From positions 1-46,654 of the IMG/VR virus record IMGVR_UViG_3300049144_000035: 46,654 nucleotides of DNA; one strand, written 5' to 3'. Source of the stretch: a virus. Lineage: Duplodnaviria; Caudoviricetes. Numbering within the stretch: position 1 is the first letter of the stretch; each line of letters opens with the position of its first letter. Positions 24,574 to 33,804 of the stretch are shown one piece after another. The position numbers and the translations under genes are program-made. Under the pieces are notes generated by a model. It ran no database searches. It had not been told where the DNA came from and saw only the letters and a list, made by a program, of their open reading frames with translations.

Positions 24574-27500
24574 CAGCGCCGCCTGCCCTTCTGGTAGTCG
24601 AGGAGCGCGTCGTTGATGTCCTTCGCCATGGCCACGGCGAAGGCCTTCCGCTCGGCCGGTGCCGGAAGCGTCATCGTGTTGAACGTCGCCGTCAGGTTCA
24701 CGGAGGGCGCTGCACTGGCCGCCGTAGCGGCAGGCACCGCGGCTCGGAGCATGGCCGGCTTGGTGCGCAGCCCGGCAGTGCTGCCGGTGAGGAGTGTGTT
24801 GCCCTGGGCCATGCGCTTGACCCAGCCGGTCTCGACACCCTGGAAGGCGAAGTCGCCGATCGGCTCCATCACCTTGGCCGGCGATTTGATGCCGAGGGCC
24901 TTCTTGATGGACTTTTCCATCGCTTTGGCGATGGTCATCATGGCCGCTTCGATCTGCGACTGCTGGGCGGTCAGCCCCTTCACCAGGCCCTCGGCGGCCT
25001 TGATGCCCGCCCCGTACATGGCGTCCGCGGTGACCGTGCCCGCCTTGTTCGCGGACGCTTCGAGCTGCTTCTGGAGGGCGTTGATCTCGGCGATCTGCTC
25101 AGGGGTGGCGTTCAGCAGCGACTGGGCGGTGGCCATGCCGCCGCCGGTAACGCCCGCCTGGGCGATGTTGCTGATCGCGGTGGCGTTCAGGCCCTTCGCC
25201 TTGAGCTGCTCCAGCTGCTTGGCGAACTCGGTGGTGCGCCCGGTGTCGGACCGCAGCTGATTGATGAGGGTTTCGGCCGACGTCCCGTACTTGCCGAGCT
25301 TGGTGATGTTGCCGAAACCAATGAGCGACGAGGCCACGCTGGTCTTGAGGTTGTCGAACTTGCCCCGCAAATCTTCGAGGCTGCCCTTGGCCTTCTCCAG
25401 CGAGGCGGTGACCTTGTCGTACTGGTCGTTCAGCGCGAACAGCTTCTTCGCCGACGACGTGATCTGCTTCTGCAGAGCAGCGTTGGTGCCCTTCGAGAAG
25501 CCGGCCTTCGACACCTGCGTCTGCAGCTGGTTGAGGAAGTCGACCAGCGCCCCCTCGGAGCGCTCCTTGCCGAGCTTGCTGCTGATCTCCGCGTTCTGCA
25601 CCCCGGCAATCACCGACATGTCGGTCAGGGTGGAGTTGCCGGTCAGGAAGCCCCGGGCTTCCTTCCGCCGGGCCTGTTCGGCCTTCTGCTTCTCGGTGAG
25701 CTTGCCGCCCTTCGCGTACCCGGGCAGCTTCAGCCGGCCTGCGTTCAACGCGTCCAGCAAAGGCACGCCGTATTTGGCGACCGCGGCGGCACGCACCACG
25801 TACTCCGTGTTGGAGACCCTGGCTGCGGCCCCGGATCCCATGAGGGCGAGGACGCTGTCCGACATGCTGCTGCCGGGCCCGTTGACGTAGCCGCCGAAGG
25901 GGAAGTATTGGACGTCGCCGCCTCCGGCGTAGCCCGGCACTCGACCGCCCCGGGCGAGCCCAGCATTGGGGCCGCGCCCGCCCTTGCCCGTGTTGATGAC
26001 CCGGTTCTCGGTGATGTTGATGTAGTGCTTGGTCGTGGTGACGTAGGTCTTAGCGGTCTTCCCGTCCAGAGCATTCAGCGCAGCCCGGACAGCCCCGATG
26101 GCTCCGATGGCCTGACCGTTCTTCGTGAACACCTCGGTACGCCCATCCTCGAGCGTCCGCGTCTTGTACCCGACCGCTTCGAGGGCCTTGATGGCGGCGG
26201 CATTCAGCGTGGACACCGTGACGCTCTTCGCGCCCGGTGTCTTGCGGATCTCGGCCTGCACCGCCTGCAGCCCGGTGATGGCCTCCTGGCGCTCCAGCTT
26301 CACCACGGTCTTGATCTCGCCGGGGGCGCCGAGGAGGGTGTTGACGTACTCGCGGGCCTTGTCCTTGCTGCCGAGCGTAGCCGTGGCGAGCTGCATCATC
26401 TTGGCGCGCAGCTGATCCGACTTGCTCGTCATCGAGCCCAGAGATTCGCCGGCCGCCAAGCCCGCGGCGATCATCTCGTCGTGCGCCTTGGCCGCCGTCG
26501 ACATGGCCTGGCCGTTCTTGCGGCCCGCCTCGGTGCTGATGTCGAGGCTGTTGCCGTTCTCCTTGAAGGCGGCGCTCAGGTCATCGATGGACTGCTCGAA
26601 CGCGATCTGCGAGTCGTAGGCCGACCGGTTCACGTCGTTCAACGCAAGGATGCTCGCCCTCAGGCCGTCCGCGCTGGCCTTCTGCGCGTCTAGCTGACGC
26701 TTGGTGGCCATAGCCTGCTGACCGAACAGACCCATGCCCTGAGCGGCTAGCTGCTGCTCCGCCTTCAGCGAGGCCACCGACGCGCGATACTCCGGGAAGA
26801 GGGCGTTGATCTCCTTCGTGGAGTAGCCCGCTTCACGCAGAGCATCGCGCATCATGTTGAAGTCCTGCGCGGCCTGCGTGGCGTAACCGGCCGACACCAT
26901 GCCTGACATGGCCTGGTCGAGACTGTTGAAGTCGTCCTTCAGGGCACCGAGGGACTCGGAGCCCTTCGCCATGTCGTTGATCTTGCCGGAGATCCAGTCG
27001 GCGACATCGTCCAGCACCGGGACGCGGAACCCGAACGCAGTCTGCTTGGCCTTGTCCGCCTCGACGTGGAGCTTCTTGACCTTCTCCACCAGGCCGTCGA
27101 GGTCACCGAACGTCTTCTGCAGCTCTCCGGAGAACTTGCCGGTGGTGGCAAGGTTCTTGAGGCTCGTTGCCAGCCGGTCCACATCCGGCGGTGCGCCGCG
27201 CGCCTTGTCCGCCAGCTTGTCGATCGCGATCGCACCGATCGCCAGGACCCCCAGGCCAATGCCCGCCTTCTGCACCGCCGTCATACTCGCGGCCGTCGCC
27301 CGCAGGGTCGGACCGACACCAGCCGCCCGCATCACCGCAAAGTAAGCGGCGAGACGGGCTACAGCCCCAGAAGCGGCCACCGTGTTGAGGGCCGCCACGC
27401 CGACCGAGACCAGTTTCAGCGCCGTATACATCTGCAGCATCGTCGACAGGGCGCCCGGCGGGATCGCATTCGCCATCTCGGCCAGGGCGTTGGCCACGGT

Positions 27501-28265
27501 GAGCATGGTGATCCCCAGCTCACCGCCCGCAGAGGTGAGATTCAGGGCCAGCTGTACGAGGTTGCTGAGCAGGTCCCCGACGATGGGCCCGGCCTCCCGG
27601 GCGGTGGCGACGAACTCGTCGAAGCCACCGCCAGCGGCGAATCCCGCCACGGCCCGCGAGAGGTCCAGCACGCCGTCAAGGACGAAGCGGAGCGAGCCGC
27701 GGGAGAACTCGGTGAAGTCGGCCATCATGCGGTCGAAGCCGGGCGAGGCTACCTCGCCGGCCACGAGCGTGAGGAAGCGGTCCAGCTCGGCCGATGTGCC
27801 CTTCACCAGGCCTGTCGTCTTCGGCAGCATCGCCTGGAACAACTGGAAGGAATGAGTGAACACCGGCATGGTGTCGGCGGCCAGGGAGTCCGACCATTCT
27901 TTGTACTCGTCCGTCAGGGCGGACCAGGCTGCCGCAGCTTCGCGTGTGGCCTTCGGCATGCTGGCGATTGCCCGCTGATACTCCAGCTGGGCTTTGGCCG
28001 CTTCCTTCGAACCCCGGCCGCTCTGTGCGACAGCGTCCTGATACTTACCCTGGGCTTCGGATGCCTTCTTGATGTCGGCGACTTGCTTGCCCGCGGCGAG
28101 TCCGAACGCGGCGACGCCTGCGCCGGCCGAAGCCAGACCGGCCGCAGCGACTCCGGCCACCGGTCCGACAGCGCCGAGTGCGCCGACGAGTCCGCTGATG
28201 GCTGAGAGTGCCTTGTCGGTTTTGGCTTCGACCTCGACGTGCCCGGAGGCGATCAGGAAGGACAC
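24573..28265 (-). CDS. Tape measure protein
   Basis: 1230 aa, Ala/Gly-rich helical; GPGSSMSDSV...SNTEYVVRAAAV and KKALGIKSP motifs; follows the chaperones. Confidence 0.95.
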   Translation of the reverse strand: MSFLIASGHVEVEAKTDKALSAISGLVGALGAVGPVAGVAAAGLASAGAGVAAFGLAAGKQVADIKKASEAQGKYQDAVAQSGRGSKEAAKAQLEYQRAIASMPKATREAAAAWSALTDEYKEWSDSLAADTMPVFTHSFQLFQAMLPKTTGLVKGTSAELDRFLTLVAGEVASPGFDRMMADFTEFSRGSLRFVLDGVLDLSRAVAGFAAGGGFDEFVATAREAGPIVGDLLSNLVQLALNLTSAGGELGITMLTVANALAEMANAIPPGALSTMLQMYTALKLVSVGVAALNTVAASGAVARLAAYFAVMRAAGVGPTLRATAASMTAVQKAGIGLGVLAIGAIAIDKLADKARGAPPDVDRLATSLKNLATTGKFSGELQKTFGDLDGLVEKVKKLHVEADKAKQTAFGFRVPVLDDVADWISGKINDMAKGSESLGALKDDFNSLDQAMSGMVSAGYATQAAQDFNMMRDALREAGYSTKEINALFPEYRASVASLKAEQQLAAQGMGLFGQQAMATKRQLDAQKASADGLRASILALNDVNRSAYDSQIAFEQSIDDLSAAFKENGNSLDISTEAGRKNGQAMSTAAKAHDEMIAAGLAAGESLGSMTSKSDQLRAKMMQLATATLGSKDKAREYVNTLLGAPGEIKTVVKLERQEAITGLQAVQAEIRKTPGAKSVTVSTLNAAAIKALEAVGYKTRTLEDGRTEVFTKNGQAIGAIGAVRAALNALDGKTAKTYVTTTKHYINITENRVINTGKGGRGPNAGLARGGRVPGYAGGGDVQYFPFGGYVNGPGSSMSDSVLALMGSGAAARVSNTEYVVRAAAVAKYGVPLLDALNAGRLKLPGYAKGGKLTEKQKAEQARRKEARGFLTGNSTLTDMSVIAGVQNAEISSKLGKERSEGALVDFLNQLQTQVSKAGFSKGTNAALQKQITSSAKKLFALNDQYDKVTASLEKAKGSLEDLRGKFDNLKTSVASSLIGFGNITKLGKYGTSAETLINQLRSDTGRTTEFAKQLEQLKAKGLNATAISNIAQAGVTGGGMATAQSLLNATPEQIAEINALQKQLEASANKAGTVTADAMYGAGIKAAEGLVKGLTAQQSQIEAAMMTIAKAMEKSIKKALGIKSPAKVMEPIGDFAFQGVETGWVKRMAQGNTLLTGSTAGLRTKPAMLRAAVPAATAASAAPSVNLTATFNTMTLPAPAERKAFAVAMAKDINDALLDYQKGRRR

Positions 28266-28271
28266 TGCTGG

Positions 28272-28577
28272 TCACACCTCCACGCGTTCGATGAGGCCGG
28301 GGACGACGAGGTTGAGCGCTTCGGGGGTGACGTCGTCTGGCTGGTCGGGTGCGGCTGCCTGTGCGGGTTGGTTGAGGCTGGCGACAACGGCGGTCATGGC
28401 CCCGTCGTAGGCGGGCAGTCGGGCGGCGAGGGACAGGAAGCGCTTGGCGTCGAGCCGGGGTGCGTCCTCAAGGTCGATGCCGTAGATGGCGAGGAAATCC
28501 GCGTCAACATCGCCGCGGTACTCGCCGATCCAGGCGACATCAACTAGCTGGCCGGTGAAGCGTCCGAGGCTTTTCCC
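28272..28577 (-). CDS. Tail assembly chaperone C-terminal extension reached by -1 frameshift (not in the ORF track)
   Basis: Slippery G GGA AAA at 28577-28571; the -1 frame reads SLGRFTGQLVDVAWIGEYRGDVDADFLAIYGIDL...RLPAYDGAM...ERVEV to a stop at 28272. Confidence 0.85.
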   Translation of the reverse strand, partial: GKSLGRFTGQLVDVAWIGEYRGDVDADFLAIYGIDLEDAPRLDAKRFLSLAARLPAYDGAMTAVVASLNQPAQAAAPDQPDDVTPEALNLVVPGLIERVEV

Positions 28578-28960
28578 GCCCCGTCCTCGCCGCGGCCTGC
28601 CCGCCTGTCCTGGTCGAAGAACAGATCGCTGATCAGCTTGATGGCTTGGTCGAACTGTTCCTGGGTGATGTCCTCGGCCTCGTAGTGGGCGAGGAGTCGC
28701 TGGTACTGGTCGGTTCCCAGCACCAGTTCCGCCACATACATGGAGCCGAACAGCGGGCCGTCACGGCGCATCTTGTCGATGCCGAGGTACACGATCCGCG
28801 GTGAGATCAGCTTGGGGACTGTGAAGGGCTCGTCGTCGATGTAGAACAGCGGCTCGCGCGCCTCGCCGACGGCCGGGTTCGCGGAGGTGGTGATGCGCAG
28901 CGCGCCGTCGTCTTCGGCGGGCACCGGAGCGGTGCGGGTTTTAGGCGCTCGGGTGGTCAC
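28544..28960 (-). CDS. Tail assembly chaperone
   Basis: Between major tail and tape measure genes; ends AGK at the slippery site. Confidence 0.85.
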   Translation of the reverse strand: MTTRAPKTRTAPVPAEDDGALRITTSANPAVGEAREPLFYIDDEPFTVPKLISPRIVYLGIDKMRRDGPLFGSMYVAELVLGTDQYQRLLAHYEAEDITQEQFDQAIKLISDLFFDQDRRAGRGEDGAGKASDASPAS

Positions 28961-28969
28961 GGTCGGCTC

Positions 28970-29530
28970 CTAGCTGGTGGCGTCGATGAGCTTGAACGGG
29001 GCGATGGAGGCGGAGACGTAGAAGCCCTGCCACTTGACCGAGTACAAGGTTTGCGAGTCCTTCTTGTAGGTGGACTCGACCTTGTCGTTGGACAGGCACT
29101 TGCGGATGATGAAGCGGCGCCGCACCTGGTTGGGGGCGTAGCCGTCGAGGATGACGGCCCGGTAGGTGGGCTGCGTGGCACTGGAGGCGTAGATCGGCTC
29201 GAAGCTCTTGTAGCCCGCCCCGGACGCGGCGGTGCCGTCGTTGAGGAGGTACTTGAGGTTCTCCAGCGTTGGCTCGGCGAGGTTCGTCTCGATGGTGAAC
29301 ATGCGCTTCGTCAGGCGGGCGCCGGGCTCGTCGACGATCTGGTCCACTTCGAGCGGCGTGTACGTCTGGTCGATCGACAGCTTGACGCCGTCCTGCGTGC
29401 CGCCGAGATCCGTCCACGATGAGGCGGCGGGGGTCACGTTGACGGCTGTGTCCAGCGGTTCGGTGGCACCGAACGAGGCGATGTACAGGTCCGCCGGACC
29501 CATGATCAGGTTGGTGGTGGTGACCGCCAT
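28970..29530 (-). CDS. Major tail (tube) protein
   Basis: WTDLGGTQDGV, LEVDQ, TNLAEPTLENL; position in the operon. Confidence 0.9.
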   Translation of the reverse strand: MAVTTTNLIMGPADLYIASFGATEPLDTAVNVTPAASSWTDLGGTQDGVKLSIDQTYTPLEVDQIVDEPGARLTKRMFTIETNLAEPTLENLKYLLNDGTAASGAGYKSFEPIYASSATQPTYRAVILDGYAPNQVRRRFIIRKCLSNDKVESTYKKDSQTLYSVKWQGFYVSASIAPFKLIDATS

Positions 29531-29533
29531 GGC

Positions 29534-29719
29534 CTACTCCTTGCTGCTCTTCGCGAAGGCGGGGGACTTGGCCGGTGCGGCGGCAGGAGTTGCGGCAGGC
29601 TCGGGCTTGTCACCCTCGGCTTCCTCTACGAGGAGGCCCTGCCGCTTCAGGTCGACGTACTCGGTGTCGGACACTTCGAGGTCCACGTCGGGCTGCATGG
29701 TGGTTCGGACGGTCGGCAC
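29534..29719 (-). CDS. Small hypothetical virion-module protein
   Basis: GGAG RBS plus GTG; VRTTMQPDVDLEVSDTEYVDLKRQGLL. Confidence 0.7.
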   Translation of the reverse strand: MPTVRTTMQPDVDLEVSDTEYVDLKRQGLLVEEAEGDKPEPAATPAAAPAKSPAFAKSSKE

Positions 29720-29727
29720 GGGCGCTC

Positions 29728-30180
29728 CTAGAGGGTGATCCAGTGCAGGGCGAGATCTGCCTGATAGCGGGCGTAGGAGGAGTCGTCGCCCGGCATGCGC
29801 CGCGGCTCGGACGTGAAGTGAGCGGTGAGGACGCGGGCCTGCGGATATCCGGGGCGCAGCGTGAGGGCCCGCTGAAGTCCCGCCTCGTCGTAGGTGGCAG
29901 CCACGACGAGCTCCATGAGGGAGGCGGCTTTGCCCCATGGGGGCTTGCCGGAGCTCTGGTTGACGGCGTAGCAGTCGACTTGGACGACTGGCTCGCGCAA
30001 CGCGTAATACAGCTGCGGCGTGCCACCGACCGCGCCCACGACGTGCACGAAGCCGTTCGTCTCCCACGTTGAGGCGTCGGACGGCAGAGTGGTGGCGACC
30101 TGGCCCGGCTCGATGCCTTCCGCAGAGGCTAGCCAGGCGACTGCGACGAGCTCCGTGTTCGCCTTGGGAGTGACCGCCAT
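29728..30180 (-). CDS. Tail terminator / completion protein
   Basis: VGGTP...VVQVDCY...ARYQADL; upstream of the tail tube gene. Confidence 0.78.
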   Translation of the reverse strand: MAVTPKANTELVAVAWLASAEGIEPGQVATTLPSDASTWETNGFVHVVGAVGGTPQLYYALREPVVQVDCYAVNQSSGKPPWGKAASLMELVVAATYDEAGLQRALTLRPGYPQARVLTAHFTSEPRRMPGDDSSYARYQADLALHWITL

Positions 30181-30557
30181 CAGAGGCTCCCCCGCCGCTT
30201 GTACAACGCGGGCCGGATGAACGGCTGCGCTGGGGTGCCGGGGTGCCAAACGCGGTTGACGGGGTGCCGGGCGCCGGGCCAGTGCAGCGCCTTGGCGTTC
30301 ACGGGCCGGATCTCGTGCGGTCCGGAGCCGAACTCGACCGTGCTCCAGTAGGGGACGTTGCGGACCCCGACGCGGAGCTGGCCGCGGTTCACCTCGTGGT
30401 AGAGGGATCCGCGCAGTCGGCCGGTGCGCACCGGGGCCATGCGTTCCATGTCGTTCTGGATTTCGCGGCCGAGCTTGTGGAGGTAGCGGGTGACGGCGTT
30501 GCGGACCCAGCCCTGCCAACCGTGGTTGACCTTGACTTCGAAGTTCGCGCTGAGCAT
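30180..30557 (-). CDS. HK97 gp10-like head-tail protein
   Basis: APVRTGRLRGSL, YWSTVEFGSGPH, HPGTPAQPFIRPAL. Confidence 0.88.
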   Translation of the reverse strand: MLSANFEVKVNHGWQGWVRNAVTRYLHKLGREIQNDMERMAPVRTGRLRGSLYHEVNRGQLRVGVRNVPYWSTVEFGSGPHEIRPVNAKALHWPGARHPVNRVWHPGTPAQPFIRPALYKRRGSL

Positions 30558-30652
30558 CGCCCTCACCTCCTCTACGGCTGGCGGGTGTCGCTGCCCTGCT
30601 GGCTGGCCGTTTACGGGCCGTGGGTGCCTGCGGGGCGGTCGCTATGTCGGAG

Positions 30653-30988
30653 CTATGCGGCTCGTCCTGTGCGTTTCAGGTCCGCGCGCAGAGGCTGCGC
30701 GAGGGCTGGGTTGGCGTTGCGGGTGACGGCGACGACGATGTAGATCTCGCTGGTCTGCTCGTCCTTGATTCGCCGGGTTTCGTCGACCGCCGTGTCGGGC
30801 GGCAGGCGGCAGATGTGGGTACGGATGATGCGCGGTGTGCCGGTGGCAGGCTCCATCGCGGTGCGCGTCGACTCGATCAGCGACGCCGGCACCCCAGAGG
30901 CCAGCACCGTCGTGCCGTCCGTCTCGTCACCGAACTCGTCGACACCGCTGCCCCCGAGGACGCTGACAGTGGTGGTGGCCAGGTTCAT
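30653..30988 (-). CDS. Head-tail stopper / closure protein
   Basis: DEFGDE motif, size and position. Confidence 0.72.
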   Translation of the reverse strand: MNLATTTVSVLGGSGVDEFGDETDGTTVLASGVPASLIESTRTAMEPATGTPRIIRTHICRLPPDTAVDETRRIKDEQTSEIYIVVAVTRNANPALAQPLRADLKRTGRAA

Positions 30989-31431
30989 GCGCCACCCCCC
31001 ACCGGCGTCCAGGGGAACTGCTCGTCGCTGGCGTCGGACAGCGGGTCGGCGTAGCCGCCCGGCCCGTCGACGAACGGCGACCGCACATGGATGGTGCGGG
31101 ACCGCATCCAAGAGCAGCGCTGCAGCGCCTGCTTCGCCTCCGGGCCCAGCAGCATCGCCTTGTCGGTGAGGCTGGCGACGACACCGTCCTGCTGTACCTG
31201 GTTGGCGTCCAGGCGGGTGTGCAGGTCGTACTGGCCCTTCAGCCACGCCGCCTGGTAGGCGACGGCCTTCCGCAGCCAGTACAGGTCGCGGGTGCGGATC
31301 CGTGCCGTGTCGTCGAAGATCCGGTTGGAGAGCATCTCGATCGACGACTGGGCCTGCAGCAGCTGGCCATCGGTCACCGTGGTTCCGGTGATGTCGATGA
31401 CCTGCTGCGGGGTGGCCCAGGCGTCGACCAT
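30985..31431 (-). CDS. Head-to-tail adaptor
   Basis: WATPQQV...LRKAVAYQAAW; position after the capsid genes. Confidence 0.75.
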   Translation of the reverse strand: MVDAWATPQQVIDITGTTVTDGQLLQAQSSIEMLSNRIFDDTARIRTRDLYWLRKAVAYQAAWLKGQYDLHTRLDANQVQQDGVVASLTDKAMLLGPEAKQALQRCSWMRSRTIHVRSPFVDGPGGYADPLSDASDEQFPWTPVGGGA

Positions 31432-31432
31432 G

Positions 31433-31885
31433 TCAGCCCTCGGCCTTGCTGCTGCTGGTGTCGCCGCCGTCGGCTTCGATGACGTCGCGCGGGGTCGTGG
31501 TGTCCTCCGGCTGGTCATCGACCGAGGACGGAACCGTCTCCACCGAGTAGGTGAGGACGAGCGAGACGCCGTCGGCGTGCTCCTCCTGGCCGTCGAAGCT
31601 CACGTCGCCGCGCGGGTGGAGGCCGCGCTGGATCGCCTCGTTAACCACGGCGGCACGGTTCGCCTCGTGCTGGTAGTCCTCGCCCGTCCACCGCGCGGCC
31701 GGAACGACGAACTCCTTGACGTGCCGGGTGCCCTCTGCGCCGTCGGCGGATCGCTCGTCGACCTCGACCTCGGGTGCGCCGGCCTTCGCGGGGAACTGTC
31801 GCTGCCGAAGCTGCTCGCGGTCCTCGCCCTTCGGTGCCTGCGCCTCGGTGCTGGTCTTGCTGCTGCTGGTCTTCCTGGTTGCCAC
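31433..31885 (-). CDS. Hypothetical acidic head-module protein
   Basis: GGAGG RBS, 150 aa, directly after the major capsid gene. Confidence 0.72.
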   Translation of the reverse strand: MATRKTSSSKTSTEAQAPKGEDREQLRQRQFPAKAGAPEVEVDERSADGAEGTRHVKEFVVPAARWTGEDYQHEANRAAVVNEAIQRGLHPRGDVSFDGQEEHADGVSLVLTYSVETVPSSVDDQPEDTTTPRDVIEADGGDTSSSKAEG

Positions 31886-31905
31886 GGCTCACCTCCCTTC
31901 TGTGG

Positions 31906-31938
31906 GCCGTACCGCCCGGAGCCGGCGGGCGGTACGGC
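31906..31938 (-). terminator. Hairpin downstream of the major capsid gene
   Basis: GCCGTACCGCCCG / CGGGCGGTACGGC 13-bp stem. Confidence 0.65.
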
Positions 31939-31950
31939 GTTTGGGGGTGA

Positions 31951-32865
31951 TCAGCCGACGAGGATGGATGCGCCGTTGGGGTGGCCGTAGGCCCAGCCGC
32001 GGCGGGCGCGCATCTTGAGGATCGACTCGTCGGTGAGGGCGGACAGTCCGTCGCGGCCGTCGATGAACACCGACTCGGGGCCGGAGCGGACGCCGAGGAG
32101 CATCAGCTCGGGGTTGACGAACGCCATGAGGGGCCGGCCGGTCGGGTTGGGCGTGGCGGTGGCGGAGATCCGCGCGCCGAGGCTCCAGCGGACCGGGACA
32201 CCGAAGATGGTGTCGGGGGTTCCGGCGCCGTTCTCGTTGAAGATCGGCCGACTCTGGCCGTCGACGACTCCGCGGAGGCTCTTACGGAACGCGGGGTGGG
32301 CGATGGCCACCATGCTGCCCGGGTCGAAGTAGTCGCCGGCTTCGACGTTGCCGATCGCGGTGGAGAACTCCGCGTAGGTCGGCAGCCCTGCGGACGCGGC
32401 GGTGGTGATGTTGGTGCCGCCGGTGTAGCTGAGGGTGGCGTCGGTGGTGTTGAGCAGCTGGTACAGCGACGTGAACGGGACGGTGGTGCCGTTGGCTGCG
32501 GCCGACACCGCGAGGCTCGCGTTGTCGATCATCTTGGCGTAGGACTTGCCCCAGCCGACCATCTTCGCGTCGATGACGTTCGCCACCGAGTCGTTGATGT
32601 CCTCCTCGGCGATGCGCGCGGCCTTACCGAACTTGACCGCGGTCAGCAGCACCTCGTCGTTGAGGCTGGTGTCCTCGCCGTAGGCGCCGCCCTTGGCGAC
32701 CACGTCCACACCCATGCCGGCGGTGCGCGGCACGTGCTTGGTGTCGGAGCCCATGGGGATGCGGGCGGCGAGCGCCTCAACGGCGGAGATCTGGTTGATG
32801 GACTGGATGACCCGGGACGACTCGTACTCTTCCGGGATCCACGCCTCGAGCGTGTTGCGCGCCAT
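31951..32865 (-). CDS. Major capsid protein (HK97 fold)
   Basis: WIPEE, LRGVVDGQSRPIF, TIFGVPV; AGGAGG RBS; follows the scaffold gene. Confidence 0.93.
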   Translation of the reverse strand: MARNTLEAWIPEEYESSRVIQSINQISAVEALAARIPMGSDTKHVPRTAGMGVDVVAKGGAYGEDTSLNDEVLLTAVKFGKAARIAEEDINDSVANVIDAKMVGWGKSYAKMIDNASLAVSAAANGTTVPFTSLYQLLNTTDATLSYTGGTNITTAASAGLPTYAEFSTAIGNVEAGDYFDPGSMVAIAHPAFRKSLRGVVDGQSRPIFNENGAGTPDTIFGVPVRWSLGARISATATPNPTGRPLMAFVNPELMLLGVRSGPESVFIDGRDGLSALTDESILKMRARRGWAYGHPNGASILVG

Positions 32866-32885
32866 GCTGGCCCTCCTGCGGGCGG

Positions 32886-32927
32886 CGTGATGGGGGTAAG
32901 CGGTTGAGGCTCGGGCCCCATCACGGG
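32886..32927 (-). promoter_or_regulatory. Leader hairpin of the capsid gene containing CCCGTGATGGG
   Basis: CGTGATGGGG (32886-32895) pairs with CCCCATCACG (32916-32925), just upstream of the RBS. Confidence 0.55.
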
Positions 32928-33003
32928 CGCCTTCGCAAGCAAGGGCGGCGGCTCGCTCCGATCACCGGAGCAATTCACCTGGTGCTGAATATACCTCTTG
33001 TGG

Positions 33004-33765
33004 TCAAGCCCTGCCCAGAAGTCGCGCCGCGTGCAACTCGGCCGTCGACTTGGGCTTCTCCGGCGCCGGCTGGCGGGGCGCCCCCGTCGGCCGCACCTTC
33101 GTCTTCCGCACCTGCGCGTCGAAAAGCTCCGGGTAATCGGCTCGCAGGCTCTCGACCTGCTCATCCAACCCCAGCACTTCGCCGTCGTCCTCAATGCTCA
33201 GGTCGCTCACGTCGATCAGCTTGAGCAGCCGTGTCAGCCGGGCCTCGGACTTCTCCTTGTCACCCTCGACGGCGGCCGTCGCCCCGGCCTGGATAAGCGC
33301 GGCGCGGGCGGCCTTCTTCACCACGATCGGCTTGTAGCGCGCCTCGGCCTTCTCCGCTGCCTCGCGGATAGCCTTCTCCGTTTCGGTCTCCTGGTCGCGG
33401 TGCTTGTCGCGCAGCTCGTTGAGTTGCCGCTGCACGTCGAGCTTCTCCTGCTTCCGCTTGGCGAGAGTGCGGCGAACCCGCTCCCACTCCTCTCGCGATG
33501 GGGGCACGTACTCCTCGTCCGACTCCGGGTCTTCCTTCTTCCCTGCGGGAGGCTTGGGCTTCGGCTTGTCGTCCTCCTCCGGCTCGGGCTCGTCGGTGGC
33601 CTCCGGCTCCTCGTCGGGCACCTCAGTGTCCGGCTCGTCGTCGGTCTCGGCGCCGCCGGCTATGACGTGGATGGGCCTGCCGTCGGCGCGGTATCCGAGG
33701 ATCGTGCCGGGCGGCAAGCTGATCGCGGCGGTGGCCTCGGTCGAGTCAAGCTCAAGGTCGTTCAT
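33004..33765 (-). CDS. Capsid scaffolding protein
   Basis: Acidic/Pro N-terminal region, coiled coil, YPELF motif; directly upstream of the capsid gene. Confidence 0.85.
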   Translation of the reverse strand: MNDLELDSTEATAAISLPPGTILGYRADGRPIHVIAGGAETDDEPDTEVPDEEPEATDEPEPEEDDKPKPKPPAGKKEDPESDEEYVPPSREEWERVRRTLAKRKQEKLDVQRQLNELRDKHRDQETETEKAIREAAEKAEARYKPIVVKKAARAALIQAGATAAVEGDKEKSEARLTRLLKLIDVSDLSIEDDGEVLGLDEQVESLRADYPELFDAQVRKTKVRPTGAPRQPAPEKPKSTAELHAARLLGRA

Positions 33766-33771
33766 GGTGCT

Positions 33772-33804
33772 CCCATCACGGGGTTGCGGGTTGCCCATCA
33801 CGGG
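33772..33804 (-). repeat. 11-bp direct repeat CCCGTGATGGG x2 over the scaffold RBS
   Basis: Plus-strand CCCATCACGGG at 33772-33782 and 33794-33804; third copy at 32917-32927. Confidence 0.7.

Noticed and set aside
24573-28265. Muralytic (Rpf, transglycosylase or peptidase) domain inside the tape measure protein
   Set aside because: No catalytic motif recognised by eye; an HMM search would be needed
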